Source: Klebsormidium nitens
Lineage: Eukaryota; Plantae; Klebsormidiophyceae
Assembly (NCBI GenBank): GCA_000708835.1
Contig: DF237024.1
Coordinates: 124,001 to 188,000 of the forward strand
Direction: 5' to 3'
Length of the DNA: 64,000 nt
This document shows, piece by piece, positions 61,401-64,000 of this stretch; the first letter of the stretch is position 1; every line of letters begins with the position of its first letter. The notes beneath the pieces were generated by a model. That model was not told the DNA's origin, did not search any database, and was given only the letters and a program-made list of their open reading frames with translations. Position numbers and translations under genes: made by a program.

Positions 61401-64000
61401 GCTACACTCACCTCTAAACTGAGTTCATCACAGTTCTGGACCGCAGACGAGTTCCTTGGAAGGCAATTGCTGCTCAAAGGGTGTGTCTAGATCGAGATTG
61501 TTATAAGTTCGGACGTTCAAGGAGTCAGCTCGAAACCGATATCTGCCGTTGTTCACCGAAGATTTTCATTTTGAGGTCTGCAGGTTTGACGATCAGGACG
61601 ACACCGCCCTGTACACCGCCGCTTCGGACGGTCTAGTTTCGTGTACGGACATGGACACGGGGTCCGCACAGAACCTGATTGATCTCAATCCGAACGGCTG
61701 GCAGGTACGCCCGGAGTTTTCCGCGAGTTGCTTTTGCACTCAGCGGTGTTTCATAACCTTAGACGCTTCGTTTGACCGGCTTGTTTCCGTTGTTGGCATG
61801 TTGTAGTACTCGCTCTTAACGCGCCGCTGAGACGTTATCCGTCAGCATTTCCCGTGAGCCTGTTCTGGCGTTTATTGCAACTCCAACCATTTTCGGTTCC
61901 TTAAGCAGGTTCTTTAAGCAGCCTCCAAGGGAGTCGCCGACTATATTCCTATTCAATGGTCAGAGAGGATAAGCCGCTGACACGTGTCACTCGCTCATTC
62001 GGCAGGGCCCCGCCACGTGGAAGATGGTGTACGGGATGGACGTGTGCCGGAGTCGGCAGCTCATCATTGCGGGGGACGACGAGGGGTTTCTGCACATGGT
62101 GGATAAGCGGACGAAGAAACGGACGTCGGCAAAGATTCAAATTCACAAAAAGGGGAGCAAGGTCGTCGGCGTGCACTGCAACCCGTGTAGCGGGGACGTC
62201 TTCATGACTGCCAGTGAGTCTCTTTTGAATCTCTAGATCCTGAAGCCTTAGGACCAAATCCAGAGTCCCAAAAAGAAGTACACGGGCGCAGAGATCGGGG
62301 GCCACAAGAAAGGGAGCAACGTTGGCGTGCGTCTTAAAACAATTTTTTCCATAATTGCTGGTGAGTCCCCTAAGAATGCTGATACTGGAAATATCAGGAC
62401 GCGAGCGGGCGCATGCACAGACTGAACCGANNNNNNNNNNNNNNNNNNNNNNNNNNNNNNNNNNNNNNNNNNNNNNNNNNNNNNNNNNNNNNNNNNNNNN
62501 NNNNNNNNNNNNNNNNNNNNNNNNNNNNNNNNNNNNNNNNNNNNNNNNNNNNNNNNNNNNNNNNNNNNNNNNNNNNNNNNNNNNNNNNNNNNNNNNNNNN
62601 NNNNNNNGTCTGGTGAGTCCCTAACGAATAGCTGATACTGGAATATCAGGACGCGAGCGGGCGCATGCACAGACTGAACCGATTTTTTTTATCGACGGTG
62701 ACAAGATGGACGGTGGTGACGGCAGCCGTCAGGCTTGGTTCCCAACGGTTTTGAATGTGCGGTTCCCCCTGCAGGCAACGATCACACCGCCGATATGGTG
62801 TGGTTGGTGATCGTTTGTATCTTCCACCTGTGCGCGCTGCACGCTTGCAGAGGGCACACTTGCAGTAATAAGCAACGTGATTGTTATCAGACTGCCTTCG
62901 CACAGTGTATACGAGAGTAATCTTGCTACTTTGCACGTAACGATCGCACGGCGAGGTCTTCGACCTGCGCACCTTGACGTGCGCACCTTTTATATTAAGG
63001 ATTGCGCAGTTCTCAAAAGCCTGAACGTGCTTCGCGCTAGGCTTCTTTCTTAGATTACCCAAACGGAGGTTCTCAACCTTTGCTAGGTAACGATCACACC
63101 GCCAAGATCTTCGACCTGCGCACGTTGGACGCGCGGGAAAAGATGAGCCCGTCTCTCGCGGAGTTGGAGCACCCTCGGGTCGTCAACGCCGCCTACTTCT
63201 CGCCCTTCACTGGCAGCAAGATTCTGACCACGTGTCAGGTGAGGATTGGCTGGAATTCGGCGGAAGCAGGGTTTTGTTTACTGGCGTTTCGGCTTCCCTC
63301 TCGGGAATTGTGGGAGAAGTGGTCAGGTGCAGTTGATTCGCACTTTCCCAGCCAGACGCAATCTTGCGGTTCGGTGTTCGATTGAATTGCGTTCGTTCTA
63401 TTGCACATAAGAGGAACTTCGAGACCGTCAGGCTTTATCAAGCGTGTGGCCGGGAAAGGTCGTATTAGCAGAACGCGGACCTGATTGGAAAGGCTTTCAA
63501 TATTGGGATCCCGAGTGGAACTCTGTGAGCATATTTGTCGCTTGTTCTCCTTGCTGCAACTTCCTCCAGAATCCGAGAACCGTTTCTCTACAAGCAGCTT
63601 TGTAAATGAGAGCACGGCCTTCGTAAGCTTGTTGACACAGTCTTATTGTGTGCATGTCTCAAACTCTCCCATAATTTCGAAATCGAATGCGGGACAACAG
63701 GTTACGGGTCTGGGACTACATATCGTCAGGATCCTGACTGGGATTTCGTCCACAGCCACAACAAGACGTGCTCGTCCGACTCCTCTAGGTCATATGTATA
63801 TTGATTGTAGGACAACCGGTTACGGGTCTGGGACTACATCTATGGTGACCTGTCGGAGCCCAACCGCGAAATCGTCCACAGCCACGACTTCAACCGCTAC
63901 CTTACGCCCTTCAAAGCCGAGTGGGATCCCCGTGACGTCACCGAGAACCTGGTCGTCATTGGGCGTTACATCAGCCACGACTTTGACGGCGTCGCGTTGC
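58429..64000 (+). CDS. DDB2: UV-damaged DNA-binding protein 2 (plant-type DDB2: acidic N-terminus, CCHC zinc knuckle, WD40), 3' truncated by window
   Basis: Exons 58429-58566, 59577-59696, 60114-60204, 60348-60475, 60921-61132, 61584-61704, 62006-62213, 63087-63238 and 63811->64000: CKVCKKTGHQAGFVGSIYMDCPNKPCYLCKLPGHTTMTCPYR, HSRRVTSLEFHPTKDNIIVSGDKKGQIGIWDF, HPRVVNAAYFSP, IVHSHDFNRYLTPFKAEWDP. Confidence 0.96.
62431..62607. other. Assembly gap (177 N) flanked by near-identical ~73-bp sequences
   Basis: 62358-62430 is nearly identical to 62608-62681. Confidence 1.

Noticed and set aside
62358-62681. ~73-bp direct repeat flanking the second gap as a biological repeat
   Set aside because: The differences are indels typical of read ends beside a gap, so this is probably overlapping contig ends. 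It cannot be resolved without long reads.

Overview
This is eukaryotic, intron-rich (GT-AG) nuclear DNA with GC3-rich exons and two assembly gaps (56227-56976, 62431-62607). Plant-type orthologues in a compact, non-angiosperm-like architecture suggest a streptophyte alga such as Klebsormidium (inference). Genes, reconstructed by hand from splice sites: 3' part of a SAPS/PP6 regulatory subunit (+); a GTT1/bacterial-like glutathione S-transferase (+); an intronless F-box/LRR gene (-); an organelle-targeted hypothetical gene with an in-frame TAG (+); a tandem pair of disabled 3-exon genes with a possible ubiquitin-like + retropepsin-like architecture (+); a single-domain SERGT1-like serine O-galactosyltransferase (-); an SRPBCC/AtaL-like gene (-); NDUFAF1/CIA30 (+); CMC4 (+); SEC62 (+); tRNA-Ser(UGA) (-); and the 5' part of DDB2 (+). 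The main unexplained structure is a set of 'splice-junction echoes'. At 11 junctions in 5 genes, a ~105-180 bp block spanning an exon/intron border is tandemly reiterated 1-5 times into the intron, and the longer arrays are more diverged further from the functional exon. Other oddities: a LAGLIDADG homing-endonuclease relic in an intron, a perfect 82-bp TG...CA palindrome with a 5-bp target-site duplication, and a TIR element with a 3-bp TSD spanning the first gap.
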